A DNA stretch of 64,000 bases from positions 10,850,001-10,914,000 of the forward strand of contig OZ024754.1 in assembly GCA_964016885.1 (NCBI GenBank). Reading direction: 5' to 3'. Both the position numbers and the translations under genes were made by a program. The notes under the pieces were generated by a model. That model searched no databases and was not told where the DNA came from. It saw only the letters and a list, made by a program, of their open reading frames with translations. Positions 12,525 through 25,384 of the stretch are shown in pieces; the first letter of the stretch is position 1, and every line of letters starts with the position of its first letter. The DNA is from Eledone cirrhosa (Eukaryota).

Positions 12525-12607
12525 TGGGCTGTACAGAAGAGTTCCTGAACAATTTGAAGCCTGGGGTTCGTGTGAAACGAGGGCCACACTGGAAATGGGG
12601 TAACCAG
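12525..12607 (+). CDS. Exon A, MIB/HERC2 N-half (GCTEEFLNNLKPGVRVKRGPHWKWGNQ)
   Basis: T-rich tract TTTGTAG acceptor; CAG|GTAAGA donor; phase 1 to 0; G-x-R-V-x-R-G-x-x-W-x-W-G-x-Q motif. Confidence 0.9.
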
Positions 12608-12661
12608 GTAAGAAAAACAAACTGGTTAATAAAATATATTAAATTGTTGATAATCTGTACT

Positions 12662-12727
<66 letters not shown>

Positions 12728-12926
12728 AGTACAGATTAAAAGTTTAATAAAAAAAATCTCAGCTTATACAGCCTGCCTTTCATTTTTAGAGTGAACCCTT
12801 TAGCGGCCAATAGGTTAGCCCATATGTCACCTGCAATGCTAACACCAATGGCTGCTCCCTCCTCTTGGGCATATGTGTTTCCATTAAAGGTGGCATAGCA
12901 TTGCAGGTGACATAGCTAACCTATTC

Positions 12927-13450
12927 ATGGTATGGTGGGACAATAAACTTAAACTTAAACTTAAAGAACAATTAGAAGACATCAACCTCTTAACCCTGAT
13001 AATGTACTCCCGCTACGTTGATGATATAAACATTGTAGTAAAAACACCCCCACTAGAGAACAGTCATGGAATTAGAGAAAAACACCATGGAAAGCATCAG
13101 CAAATAGCTAACTCCATCCACCAGAGTATTAGAGTTACTATAGACTACCCAAGCAAACACCCCAACCATCGATTACCTGTACTAGACACAGAGCTCTGGT
13201 TAGAAACCATTAATAACAAAAAACAAATCCTCCATTCCCATTATACCAAACCCATGACTTCCAAATATCTGATCCACCGAAAGTCAGCTGTTTTGGATCA
13301 CACCAAAATCAACACACTGATTGCGGATTTGGTACGAGTGATGAGAAACGTGTCCCGCATGTGCAACCCCAAAGAACTAGAGAGACACATACAACACTTC
13401 ATCTATCTCTGGTTACAATCAGAGAGATAAAATCAGAGTATATAGAGGAG
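12927..13450 (+). mobile_element. Penelope-like element RT/thumb fragment (intronic, degenerate) with an inverted segment upstream
   Basis: YSRYVDDI, LPVLDTELW and HYTKPMTSKYLIHRKSA motifs; inverted repeat 12810-12846 versus 12889-12923. Confidence 0.8.
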
Positions 13451-13807
13451 CCAGAACCAAATGGGAAAAAATGGGAAATAATGATACAAATGGGACCTCA
13501 TAGTTTATATATAACTGTATACAAACAGCCCTAATTGAGACCTCCTATGTATATATATATTGAAAATTCAGGACCCCAACAGCCGAGCTCCTCCTGTTTC
13601 AACAGTTGGAGTTAAGATCTAGCTGTTGAAATGGCAGGAGCTCAGTCGTCGAGGTCCCAATTTTTTCATATTACCCACTCTACTACCCCAAGTATCAAGT
13701 ACTCTGGTGAGTAATGGTCTAACTGGTTTTTACGGCACCCATTTTGATTTATATATATATTCTTTCTCACAAAAATAGATATTAACAACTAGATTTCTTT
13801 ATCCTAG

Positions 13808-13952
13808 GATGGTGGTGTTGGCAGCCTAGGAACTGTAACTGAAAGAAAAACATCAAATGGATGGGTCTCCGTGAAATGGACCAATGGACATACAAACTTA
13901 TATCGTGTTGGTTTCGAGAAAAACTGTGATTTGGATATTGTCGGTCACAATT
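13808..13952 (+). CDS. Exon B, MIB/HERC2 C-half (DGGVGSLGTVTERKTSNGWVSVKWTNGHTNLYRVGFEKNCDLDIVGHN)
   Basis: CCTAG acceptor, GTAAGT donor, phase 0 to 1; DGG-x-G-x-x-GTV...V-x-W-x-x-G-x-x-N-x-YR-x-G...DL motif. Confidence 0.92.
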
Positions 13953-14044
13953 GTAAGTCTGATTGTTTGAAACTCTCATCATTACCATCACCATCATCCT
14001 TGCCATCCAACTATACACCTACAACGCAACCATAACTCTACAGT

Positions 14045-16395
14045 CCCTCCTCTACTATAGAATATCTACTTTTAATTCCTGTACTACCTTAAGTCTACCA
14101 ACCACTATATATCTAGAACACAACCATAACTTCCCACTATCTCCTCTACTATAGAATATCTACTTTTAATTCCTGTACTACCTTAAGTCTACCAACCACT
14201 ATATATCTAGAACACAACCATAACTTCCCACTATCTCCTCTACTATAGAATATCTACTTTTAATTCCTGTACTACCTTAAGTCTACCAACCACTATATAT
14301 CTACAACTCAGCCATAACTTCATACTATCTCCTCTACTATAGAATATCTACTGTTAATTCCTATACTACCTTAAGTCTACCAACCACTATATATCTAGAA
14401 CACAACCATAACTTCCCACTATCTCCTCTACTATAGAATATCTACTGTTAATTCCTCTACTACCTTAAGTCTACCAACCACTATATATCTAGAACACAAC
14501 CATAACTTCATACTATCTCCTCTACTATAGAATATCTACTGTTAATTCCTCTACTACCTTAAGTCTACCAACCACTATATATCTAGAACACAACCATAAC
14601 TTCCCACTATCTCCTCTACTATAGAATATCGACTGTTAATTCCTCTACTACCTTAAGTCTACCAACCACTATATATCTAGAATACAACCATAACTTCCCA
14701 CTATCTCCTCTACTATAGAATATCTACTGTTAATTCCTATACTACCTTAAGTCTACCAACCACTATATATCTAGAACACAACCATAACTTCCCACTATCT
14801 CCTCTACTATAGAATATCTACTGTTAATTCCTCTACTACCTTAAGTCTACCAACCACTATATATCTAGAACACAACCATAACTTCCCACTATCTCCTCTA
14901 CTATAGAATATCTACTGTTAATTCCTCTACTACCTTAAGTCTACCAACCACTATATATCTAGAATACAACCATAACTTCCCACTATCTCCTCTACTATAG
15001 AATATCTACTGTTAATTCCTGTACTACCTTAAGTCTACCAACCACTATATATCTAGAACACAACCATAACTTCCCACTATCTCCTCTACTATAGAATATC
15101 TACTGTTAATTCCTGTACTACCTTAAGTCTACCAACCACTATATATCTAGAACACAACCATAACTTCCCACTATCTCCTCTACTATAGAATATCTACTTT
15201 TAATTCCTGTACTACCTTAAGTCTACCAATCACTATATATCTACAACTCAGCCATAACTTCATACTATCTCCTCTACTATAGAATATCTACTGTTAATTC
15301 CTATACTACCTTAAGTCTACCAACCACTATATATCTAGAACACAACCATAACTTCCCACTATCTCCTCTACTATAGAATATCTACTGTTAATTCCTATAC
15401 TACCTTAAGTCTACCAACCACTATATATCTAGAACACAACCATAACTTCCCACTATCTCCTCTACTATAGAATATCTACTGTTAATTCCTCTACTACCTT
15501 AAGTCTACCAACCACTATATATCTAGAACACAACCATAACTTCATACTATCTCCTCTACTATAGAATATCTACTGTTAATTCCTCTACTACCTTAAGTCT
15601 ACCAACCACTATATATCTAGAACACAACCATAACTTCCCACTATCTCCTCTACTATAGAATATCTACTGTTAATTCCTCTACTACCTTAAGTCTACCAAC
15701 CACTATATATCTAGAACACAACCATAACTTCATACTATCTCCTCTACTATAGAATATCTACTGTTAATTCCTCTACTACCTTAAGTCTACCAACCACTAT
15801 ATATCTAGAATACAACCATAACTTCCCACTATCTCCTCTACTATAGAATATCTACTGTTAATTCCTGTACTACCTTAAGTCTACCAACCACTATATATCT
15901 AGAACACAACCATAACTTCATACTATCTCCTCTACTATAGAATATCTACTGTTAATTCCTCTACTACCTTAAGTCTACCAACCACTATATATCTAGAACA
16001 CAACCATAACTTCCCACTATCTCCTCTACTATAGAATATCTACTGTTAATTCCTGTACTACCTTAAGTCTACCAACCACTATATATCTAGAACACAACCA
16101 TAACTTCATACTATCTCCTCTACTATAGAATATCTACTGTTAATTCCTGTACTACCTTAAGTCTACCAACCACTATATATCTAGAACACAACCATAACTT
16201 CCCACTATCTCCTCTACTATAGAATATCTACTGTTAATTCCTGTACTACCTTAAGTCTACCAACCACTATATATCTAGAACACAACCATAACTTCCCACT
16301 ATCTCCTCTACTATAGAATATCTACTGTTAATTCCTATACTACCTTAAGTCTACCAACCACTATATATCTAGAACACAACCATAACTTTATACTA
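14045..16395. repeat. Intronic minisatellite, 94-bp unit, about 25 copies
   Basis: TTCCCACTATCTCCTCTACTATAGAATATC... recurs at 14131, 14225 and onward. Confidence 0.95.
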
Positions 16396-16415
16396 TATCC
16401 TCTTCTCTTCAACAG

Positions 16416-16503
16416 CTACTGAATGTACAATTCTACCACAAAATGACACAATTGATACTGCACTTATTTTCCCAAGTGACACAATTTCCTTTACTTCAAA
16501 TAT
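16416..16503 (+). CDS. Exon C, CUB1 part 1 (STECTILPQNDTIDTALIFPSDTISFTSN)
   Basis: TCTTCAACAG acceptor, GTAAGT donor, phase 1 to 2. Confidence 0.8.
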
Positions 16504-16679
16504 GTAAGTAGTAATGAAGCTTTTGTTAAATATTTCAAATTATGTATGGAACTCTTACAACACTAAAATTGTTACAGTGTAACGGTAAGAATAGGGTAGT
16601 GGATCAAAGGTGAGGGGTAAAGACCCAATTCAGTCACAAATGAACATGACATTTGTACCTAAAAAGTTCCCCCTCCGAG

Positions 16680-16945
16680 GTAGAAGTCTTGGCAAGGTTG
16701 TTTATGGAAGATCAGCAGTCACTCATGCATACCACCAGCCTCCCCTCTCTATGCCACCAATGTTGTCCAAGGGAAAGGCAATGGACGATACAGCTTGGCA
16801 CCAGTGACATCACAACTCATTTCTACAGCTGAGTAAACTGGAGCAACATGAAATAAAGTGTCTTGCTCAAGGACACAACACATCACCCAGCCAGAGAATC
16901 AAACACACAACCTTATGACTACAAGCCTAATGCTCTAACCACAAG
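16680..16945 (-). mobile_element. CORE-type SINE, minus strand
   Basis: AAAGTGTCTTGCTCAAGG core reverse complement and tRNA-like head near 16945. Confidence 0.65.
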
Positions 16946-17100
16946 GGTCGTGTATAGAACCACTTTAATTCATATGTTCTATGGTGTGTTATGTAAATTT
17001 CCCTTATACTTCATCTTTCTCCTTCAGTCCCTTTTGTTCCCTATGGGGAGTGTCCTTTTCACTAGTTTATATGCTACCTGTCCAATATATTACTTAGGAC

Positions 17101-17560
17101 ATTTAGCTGGTGTTTCTAGTAGGTTGAGTGACCAGTTAGTGGTCCTTTCACTGGTCTATATTACTAATGATATTTAGCTGGTGTTTCTAGCAGGTTGAGT
17201 GACCAGTTAGTGGTTCTTTCACTGGTCTATATTACTAATGATATTTAGCTGGTGTTTCTAGCAGGTTCAGTGACCAGTTAGTGGTCCTTTCACTGGTCTA
17301 TATTACTAATGATATTTAGCTGGTGTTTCTAGCAGGTTCAGTGACCAGTTAGTGGTCCTTTCACTGGTATATATTACTAATGACATTTAGCTGGTGTTTC
17401 TAGCAGGTTGAGTGACCAGTTAGTGGCCCTTTCACTGGTCTATATTACTATATGTTGTCCAATGTATTACTAATGACATTAAGCTGGTGTTTCTAGCAGA
17501 TTCAATGACCAGTTAGTGGTCTTTTCACTGGTATATATTACTATATGTTGTCCAATGTAT
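17101..17560. repeat. Intronic minisatellite, 71-bp unit, about 6 copies
   Basis: ATTTAGCTGGTGTTTCTAG... at 17101, 17172, 17243 and onward. Confidence 0.9.
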
Positions 17561-17586
17561 TACTTAGGATATTTATTTATTTGCAG

Positions 17587-17693
17587 TTTTTATTACTGTC
17601 AAAGAAAACTGATAAGTACAAGCAGTGACCAAATTATTTCTTTCACATTATTGTGGTATAATGAAGACTCCTGTAATATAACAATTTATGAAG
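17587..17693 (+). CDS. Exon D, CUB1 part 2 (FYYCQRKLISTSSDQIISFTLLWYNEDSCNITIYE)
   Basis: TTGCAG acceptor, AAG|GTGAGT donor, phase 2 to 1. Confidence 0.85.
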
Positions 17694-18104
17694 GTGAGTA
17701 CTGTATATGTTATATATTCAACACTTACACAGCTAATGGTGTAGTTAGCAGCTAAATTGGTAAGGTATTGATATAATTCAGGGTTTCACAACCTGGGTGA
17801 TACTGCCTAACAGTGGGTAGCAACTGAACAGAAAATGAAGGGCGATTGGAAATTTTGGTGTATGTGTATGTGTTCTTCTGGTTTTATAATTTCACAAAGT
17901 TTTACCAATAGAGAGAGAGTCGGTTTCTAAGATAGACACAAGACTCTCTCATTGGAATTTACACAACATCAACTAGGTAGATATGTCTGCATGCATGCAT
18001 GCATGTGTAGATATGGATGTTGTTGTATGTGTGGATGTGTATGTTTTGAGTTGTATGTGTGCATGTGTATATGCTTTGTATCTGTACATGTGTATATGCA
18101 GTTA

Positions 18105-18530
18105 TTAGATGAAAAATGTTTGGAATGTTTTACATATTTTTACTGTTCCATTAATGGATTGTACTTGTAATTTCCTAACTAGTTGTGTTCTTTCTGTTCC
18201 TGTGAAGCCTAGCTTCTCAAGATTTGTATTGAGGCAGTTACTAACATATCCCAGTGCCTCAATAATCACAGGCATAAATCTGAAGGTGTAATCAGAGTGG
18301 AGTATCTGCAGATTTCTCATCAGTTCTGCATAAATATTCTCCTTTTCGCTAATCTTTGATATTATATTGGCATCTGCTGGGCAGCTAATTTCCTCTACTG
18401 TGCATGTTTTCTTCTCCCTGTCCCATATTATTATATCTGGTCTGTTATGCCTGCATTTTATTGGGGTTTTTACTGGAACATTCCACCAGTACTCTTTCAT
18501 ATTATGTACATGGATGTCTTCCACATTGTT
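18105..18530 (-). mobile_element. 3' end of an RLE-bearing non-LTR retrotransposon (R4/NeSL-like restriction-like endonuclease)
   Basis: HNRPDIIIWD...EISCP...EKENIY...PVIIEALG, a PD-(D/E)xK-type motif, then stop and microsatellite. Confidence 0.8.
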
Positions 18531-19369
18531 GTAGCTTTTAATGTGTTTATTATCAGGGCTATCTTTTTGTGTGTATGTATATGTGTATGTTTGTATATTT
18601 CTTGTGTATTTTTTTTCGGTTTTCTTTCTTTCCTTACAATTGTCTATCTTTCAATTTCTCCTCTCTCTCTCTCTCTCTCATTCTATATTCCGATGAATGA
18701 CTAACGTCCAAAACGTTAAGATATGTTTCCTACAATATCAAATGTTACACAAATATATGCATGCAATATCCTGTAACAACTGAGGGAATCATAGGGCAGC
18801 GTATTGACATACAGCATTTCTTGGGCATCTTTAAGCCTGGCAGAGCCCATTTCCCCTCCAACAGATCTCTTTGAGAGAATAATAGAGAGTGAGAGAATGG
18901 AAGTGAGAAAGAGATATAGAGGCAGAATCAACCCCAGTAATAGACTGGTACCTTTTTTTATCGACCTTGAATGGATGAAAGGCAAAGCTGACTTCTGCAG
19001 AATTTGAACTCAGAGAGCAGAAAGCCAAAACTTATACCACAAAGCATTCTATCCGATGTTCTAATGACTCAACTCCTTATTATATATATATATATATATA
19101 TATACATATTTATTAAAATAACAGATTAAAGTTTAAGCAAAGAATCTTAACGGGATCTTCTGAAACTCAGATCCCGTTAAGGGTGAAAGCAGCGATTCTT
19201 TGCTTAAACTTTAATCTGTTATATTAATAAATATTTGCTCTACAGTTTTTATATATATTTATATATATAATATCCTTATCGAGCCCTCTTCGGATTTTAG
19301 TCTCTTCACATTTATTATTATTATTACACACACACACACACACACACACATATATGTATATATATATAT

Positions 19370-19767
19370 GAAGGCGCATGGTTTAGTGGTTAGAGCATTG
19401 GGCTTGCAATCGAAATGTTGTGAGTTCAATACTCGGACCGGGTGATGTGTTGTTTCCTTGAGCAAGACACTTTATTTCACATTGCTCCAGTTTACTCAGC
19501 TGTAGAAATGAGATGATAGGACTAGGGTCCCTATCATTCCACTGTAAAGTGGACGTGTAGGCACCACAGAAAAAAGCACCCAGCACTCACTGTAAATGAA
19601 GTTGGTGTTAGGAAGGGCATCCAGCTGTAGAAATTAAGCCAGAATCAGTTCCCGTATGAGCAAGACAAGGTCAGGCGGCCGGACACTGCCCACAACAGGA
19701 CAACCCGTCTAACCCATGCTAGTGTGGAAGAACAGACGTAAAACGGTGATGATGATGATGATGATGA
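19370..19767 (+). mobile_element. Full-length CORE-type tRNA SINE with RTE-derived tail
   Basis: A box TGGTTTAGTGG, B box GAGTTCAATAC, core CCTTGAGCAAGACAC, tail shared with RTE 3' UTR, (GAT)n. Confidence 0.85.
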
Positions 19768-20142
19768 TATATATATGTGTGTGTGTATGTAAAAGGTAAA
19801 CAGAAATAACAACACAAACGGTACAATATATGGAAGGAATATATTAGGTTAATGCTTGAAATAGCAGGAAGGGGGTCTTAATGTTTCGGACGCTAATCCT
19901 TCATCAGAAGAAAGAATGAGAAATTAGAAAGATTGAAGGGACGGGTTGAGTCGAATTGGAAAAAAATGTTTTTAGAGAAAAATAACAGGTCCATTTATGT
20001 TGCCATCTATTATGTATGTATATATACTACATGAAAGATAGACATACTATTTCTCTCCTACAAATTCATTCACTCATAAACATATATACATGCAGATATA
20101 AAGATTGGATATATACTTTTTGTTGTTTTATCTTTTGAACAG

Positions 20143-20295
20143 GGTCAGGCAACAAAGGGGAAATATATGGAAGTATTTGTCAGAATAAAATTGGTACCTA
20201 CCACTCCAGAAATAACAGCCTTTTTGTAGAATTCTCTTTAAAAAATGAAACTGAAAGAGCAGGCTTTTTAGCCAGTTTCCACAGTGAAGAACCAG
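20143..20295 (+). CDS. Exon E, CUB1 part 3 (GSGNKGEIYGSICQNKIGTYHSRNNSLFVEFSLKNETERAGFLASFHSEEP)
   Basis: GAACAG acceptor, CAG|GTAAAT donor, phase 1 to 1; CUB C-terminal S-x-x-N-x-L-x-V-x-F...GF-x-A-x-F pattern. Confidence 0.9.
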
Positions 20296-21014
20296 GTAAA
20301 TTGAAGAATTTTTTATTCTGAGATTTTATTATTTATTTGATTCTTACCATCTATATAGAAAACTGGTCATGGATTCCAAACTCCCTCCCAAATCTAGAAT
20401 GCTGTTAAACATGAGACCTGGGAAACCACAAGAAAAGACATTTAAAGCTAAAGATAGCCATAAAGATAGTTCAGGAATGAATATGATAGAAAACTACTTT
20501 CCCTGTACCAAACCTAAACGGTACTTTTCATTGAAACACTGAGAAATAGAAAAGAGTAGCAACAGTAGGCACTTTGACATAAGAAATACCAACAGTTGAG
20601 TCAGTTTTCTTTGTTATGGATTGAAAGCTTTTGTTAATTATACATATCTATATCCACTGTTTAGAGCAATATTTCTAAACTGAAGTCCATATGGTCCCTG
20701 GAGATCGATATAAGACTTCTGGGGATCAACAGTGGTATTTTAGGAGTCCACAACAATAATTGCTTTCAAAGAAAATATCTTAAGCCTTAGAGAAAGAAAA
20801 CAATTTTAAAAATTAAACAAATAAAACAATTAACCAAAGCAGTTGGTAAAAAAATTCCGTAGGGAATTAATAAAAAAAAAATGATACTGGAGAAAAACAA
20901 AAGCAAAGACAACTGGATTTAATGGTGATGTAGTGTAAATAAATATATGATGTATATATACTTAACTGTTAAAACAGTTAAGTATATACAAGATTCATTG
21001 TTCTTCAATTTCAG

Positions 21015-21099
21015 AATGTAAAGAATCTTACAACAAATTTATAAAAGGTGGAGAAAGTGGATATATACAACCTCCATATAGTAATATTACATTAATTAC
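21015..21099 (+). CDS. Exon F, CUB2 part 1 (ECKESYNKFIKGGESGYIQPPYSNITLI)
   Basis: TTTCAG acceptor, GTAAGT donor, phase 1 to 2; C...SGYIxxP-Y motif. Confidence 0.9.
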
Positions 21100-21226
21100 G
21101 TAAGTTACAGCTATATATAATTTTATATCATTTCTATATACTGTAAAATATGGAATAATATGCTATAACTATGATTGTGGTATTTGTTATACATAACATA
21201 TGCCACATTTCATTATACCTATACCA

Positions 21227-21622
21227 GTGGATTGGCAGTATTGGTAGAGGGTCGGACGCCATGCTTTGACGCATAGAGTTACGGCCCTTGCCATTCTGAG
21301 TTCAAATCCCGCCGAGGTTAACTTTGCCTTTCATCCTTATGGGGTCGATAAAATAAAGTACCAGTAATGCACTAGGGTAATTGCTGGCCTTGTGCCAAAA
21401 GTAGAAACAATTATACCTATATACTACTCAGGGTGGGGGATTGGCAGTATCGGTAGAGAGTCGGACACCATGCTTTGCAGCATAGAGTTACGGCTTTTTA
21501 TGGTCTGAGTTCAAATCCAGCCGAGGTTAACTTTGCCTTTTATCCTTACGGGGATTGATAAAATAAAGTACCAGTAATGCACTGTGGTAATTGCTGGCCT
21601 TGTGCCAAAAGTAGAAACAATT
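21227..21622 (+). mobile_element. Two tandem Meta-type SINE copies
   Basis: Same sequence as the 5051 copies; further single copies at about 25057-25180, 33620-33820, 43868-44055 and (minus) 18905-19070. Confidence 0.8.
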
Positions 21623-21975
21623 CTATCTATATGCTACTAAAACTCTGTGATTGTGGGCTTGTCTGTAATTTAATAAAGCCAAAATGGTGCATAATGGGAA
21701 AATACTTTGAAAGTAATTTGCCTCTGAAATGGGAATACAAATGGAATAAAACAAGTTTTGTGTAAATCGGAGCACAGGTTCTAGGTACCTTCATAAATAG
21801 AGAGAGAGAGAAAGATAGAGAGAAAGAGATAGTGGTTGTGAGAGAGTAGATTGAAAATTTCATTTTACATTATATACATGTCTATATATATTTTTAAGTG
21901 AACGGTTGGTCTCGTTTATAATATCAGTTATTCTAATAGAACATTATAACTTGTCATCTTGTCTTCTTGTTACAG

Positions 21976-22076
21976 CCCATTGAAATGTCAGTGGACCCTA
22001 ACAACTGACCATAGTCATGTGTTCCAAATTAATTTGGTCAAGTTTGAAGAGTTGAAATACCTTGATATCTATGATG
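21976..22076 (+). CDS. Exon G, CUB2 part 2 (PLKCQWTLTTDHSHVFQINLVKFEELKYLDIYD)
   Basis: TTACAG acceptor, G|GTTAGT donor, phase 2 to 1; C-x-W and YLxIYDG motifs. Confidence 0.92.
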
Positions 22077-22174
22077 GTTAGTACCTCTTACATCCAGTGT
22101 GTGTGACATTTCTGTCTCTTATTGTGAAGCTTTGTCTTGTCACAAGTTGACATATTTATGACATTTTACAGCTG

Positions 22175-22930
22175 TTGACACATCTCTCTATACCAGTGTC
22201 TGATGTTGACATTGTCTGACAGTTGACATCTCTCTATACCAGTGTCTGACAGTTGACATCTCTCTATACCAGTGTCTGATGTTGACATTGTCTGACAGTT
22301 GACACCTCTCTATACCAGTGTCTGATGTTGACATTGTCTGACAGTTGACATCTCTCTATACCAGTGTCTGACAGTTGACATTGCCTGACAGTTGACATCT
22401 TTCTATACCAGTGTCTGATGTTGACATTGACTGACAGTTGACATCTATCTATACCAGTGTCTGATGTTGACATTGTCTGACAGTTGACACCTCTCTATAC
22501 CAGTGTCTGATGTTGACATTGTTTGACAGTTGACATCTCTCTATACCAGTGTCTGACAGTTGACACCGCTCTATACCAGTGTCTGATGTTGACATTGTCT
22601 GACAGTTGACATCTCTCTATACCAGTGTCTGACAGTTGACATCTCTATACCAGTGTCTGACAGTTGACATCTCTCTATACCAGTGTCTGATGTTGACATT
22701 GTCTGACAGTTGACATCTCTCTATACCAGTGTCTGACAGTTGACACCGCTCTATACCAGTGTCTGATGTTGACATTGTCTGACAGTTGACATCTCTCTAT
22801 ACCAGTGTCTGACAGTTGACACCGCTCTATACCAGTGTCTGATGTTGACATTGTCTGACAGTTGACATCTCTCTATACCAGTGTCTGACAGTTGACACAT
22901 CTCTCTATGCCAATGTCTGATGTTGATATA
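22175..22930. repeat. Compound minisatellite (about 46-bp and 30-bp variants of ACATCTCTCTATACCAGTGTCTGA[TGTTGACATTGTCTGA]CAGTTG)
   Basis: Tandem copies running up to the 22950 acceptor. Confidence 0.9.
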
Positions 22931-22950
22931 TCTCTATTTTATATTTTCAG

Positions 22951-23085
22951 GTAACACACAAATTGAACATTTGAATCGTAAAACTTTTCACTATAAAACA
23001 AAATTGCCTACATTAGATGTATTCTATAACAAACCAAGTATATACAGTTCTGGTTTTGTTATCTCTTATAAATCTATTCCTAAAG
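22951..23085 (+). CDS. Exon H, CUB2 part 3 (GNTQIEHLNRKTFHYKTKLPTLDVFYNKPSIYSSGFVISYKSIPK)
   Basis: TTTTCAG acceptor, AAG|GTACAT donor, phase 1 to 1; GF-x-I-x-Y motif. Confidence 0.88.
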
Positions 23086-23143
23086 GTACATGGCTTTCTT
23101 TCTCTGGTAATTTTACTCTAAGAATATTCAATAAGTTTATTAA

Positions 23144-23369
23144 CCCTTTAACATTTACAATATTCTATATTTACTATTGTATTTTCACAGTAAGGCTTTA
23201 TAATTATTTCACATAATTATCTCACATAATATAAAATCAATGAGATTTTGATGTTATTTATTTTGAGAACAATATCTTAATGTAGGTATGAGCAGCCAGT
23301 TACAGCCGGTTTGAACAGAAAGAGGTGAGAGAGTTCTGGCTGGATACAGACGGTTTAAATGCTAAAGGG
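23144..23369. mobile_element. piggyBac-type MITE (second copy at 34109-34316)
   Basis: TTAA|CCCTTTAACATTT ... AAATGCTAAAGGG|TTAA; internal similarity to the 34109 copy. Confidence 0.8.
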
Positions 23370-23479
23370 TTAAAGAAACTTTCTCTTTAGAACAAGAAAT
23401 GTTTCACCCATTATGTTTCCATATTTTCCCAGACTTGTGAGATAAATATGATTGATATTTATCTTGATCTTCTGCAGGC

Positions 23480-23848
23480 TGATGTTGTATGAATATGTGC
23501 AAGGAGTGGGAGGGCAAGAGTTCTGTGGAAGAAGGATTGGAAAAATACTTAAAGCAGAGTTTAGGTTAAATGAATGAGAGGAGAAATTACAGGTGTAAAA
23601 ATAATAATTGATAAAGCAATATGATTGTGATGAACATATATCTTATTGATATGACAGAAGCATATGTGTATATACTTGTTGATAGGAAGCAAGTTAGTCA
23701 AGAGGCAGTGAAAGATATTGTGTATTCCTACACTAAAGAAATTAGACTCTTTACCATACATAAATAAAGTAGTTCTACTTATTAAACCTGAGAGATAGGC
23801 TTGGAAAACCTGGAAGAATGAGGGGTGGAGAACAAAAAACAACAAGTA

Positions 23849-23880
<32 letters not shown>

Positions 23881-24720
23881 CAATATCAAGGAGCTAAAAT
23901 AGAAGCTAGTTGACAGGTATATAATATTCTATGTAAAGAAACTGAAATCAGAAGTTTTGCCAACATTCTACAACATGGATAACATTGCAAAGAAGTGTGT
24001 TAGTGTGAATCAGGATGTTGTTGGGGGAAAAATGTGTTTGGAATAACACAGGTACACTTAACATCACTGATGCTCAGAAGAAAGAGGCTTGGAAATGATA
24101 TTATGAGAGGTTAATGAATGAGGAGAATGAGTGGCAAGAAGAGGGGCTTCCCTCAAAAGACATAAAGTGAAACCAGCCATTGAAGTTGACAATTATAGGG
24201 TCAAAGAAACAATCGGGGAGATGAAAAATGGAAAAGCAGCTGGACAGTAAGAGTTAGTTACTGAGATACAGAGATTTCCTGGTGAAGTAGGAGTCAAGAT
24301 AATCACTCACATAATCAATCAAGAAATACAGAATGATGCCATACTCAATAACTGGCAGTAGTATAATCAATTGTTTCAAGGGAAAACTACAGAGCCATAA
24401 AACTGGTTCTTGGAGGAGGTTGCTCTTTACACTTTGTTGTTCATGTATATTACTATTACACATCCATCGGAGCATGCTAGCTTCATTTCTTTCCAATCTT
24501 TGTAAGTCCTTTGCACACAGCAACCAGGTCTCACTACCATGCACCATTGCTGTTTGTACAATCTGCCTTTCACTTTAATGGAAAAACCTTTTGTAGCTAG
24601 CAGCGGTCGTAGCTCCCTGAACTTTTTCCATCCCCTGGCTACTGTACTTTTGAAATATCCACCTCCACTGTTAATTTAGTCACCCAGGTAACAAAATCTG
24701 TCACCTGCTTCTATGGATAG
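23480..24720. mobile_element. Degraded RTE-like LINE ORF fragments, + strand to about 24400 and an inverted piece at 24430-24720
   Basis: Minus piece reads MVHGSETW...LERNEASMLRWMC; + piece is purine-rich with remnants such as MKNGKAAG. Confidence 0.65.
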
Positions 24721-24878
24721 TCCAACACTTGTTAGCAGGATAAACAGATATCAAATGATGATGATGATGAGGATATATATGTATATGTGTGTGTGCGTAA
24801 TTAATGTTCAAACAGTTCCATTACTACTTTGATTCCCTTTAACAATTTTCATGATCCAAATTCTCAATTTATTCCTAG

Positions 24879-24966
24879 AAAAACTATTCTGTCCAGATAT
24901 TAAGTCTAGAGATTATGGAACAAGATTTCAGTTTCCGATATCAACAGTTTTTAAAAATGATAGTAT
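24879..24966 (+). CDS. Exon I, CUB3 part 1 (EKLFCPDIKSRDYGTRFQFPISTVFKNDS)
   Basis: TTCCTAG acceptor, GTAAGT donor, phase 1 to 2. Confidence 0.8.
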
Positions 24967-25384
24967 GTAAGTAAACATTTTGTGTTTTTGTCACTTTTTA
25001 TATCATTCTAATAATTTTCAATGGTTCCATCTATTTTTATTATATTAGCAAAGATAGGGTGGTGGATTGGCAATATCGGTAGAGAGTCGGACGCCATGTT
25101 TTGCAGCATAGAGTTACGACCCTTTATGATCTGAGTTCAAATCCCGCCGAGGTTAATTTTGCCTTTCATCCTTACGGGGTAGATATATTAGCAAAGATGG
25201 AATGGTTTTGGGGAGACAAAAAGAAAGGAAAAATATATCAATTTTCTTTGGTTGCACATGATACAAACTACACCGGGAATGAGACAATGAGAAAGTCTCT
25301 ATCTGTTACTCATCTTGCTTGAAATAATACCCAATCTTCCCTCATATCTCTTACTATTGTTTTAAAATGAAGGAAAAACACAGA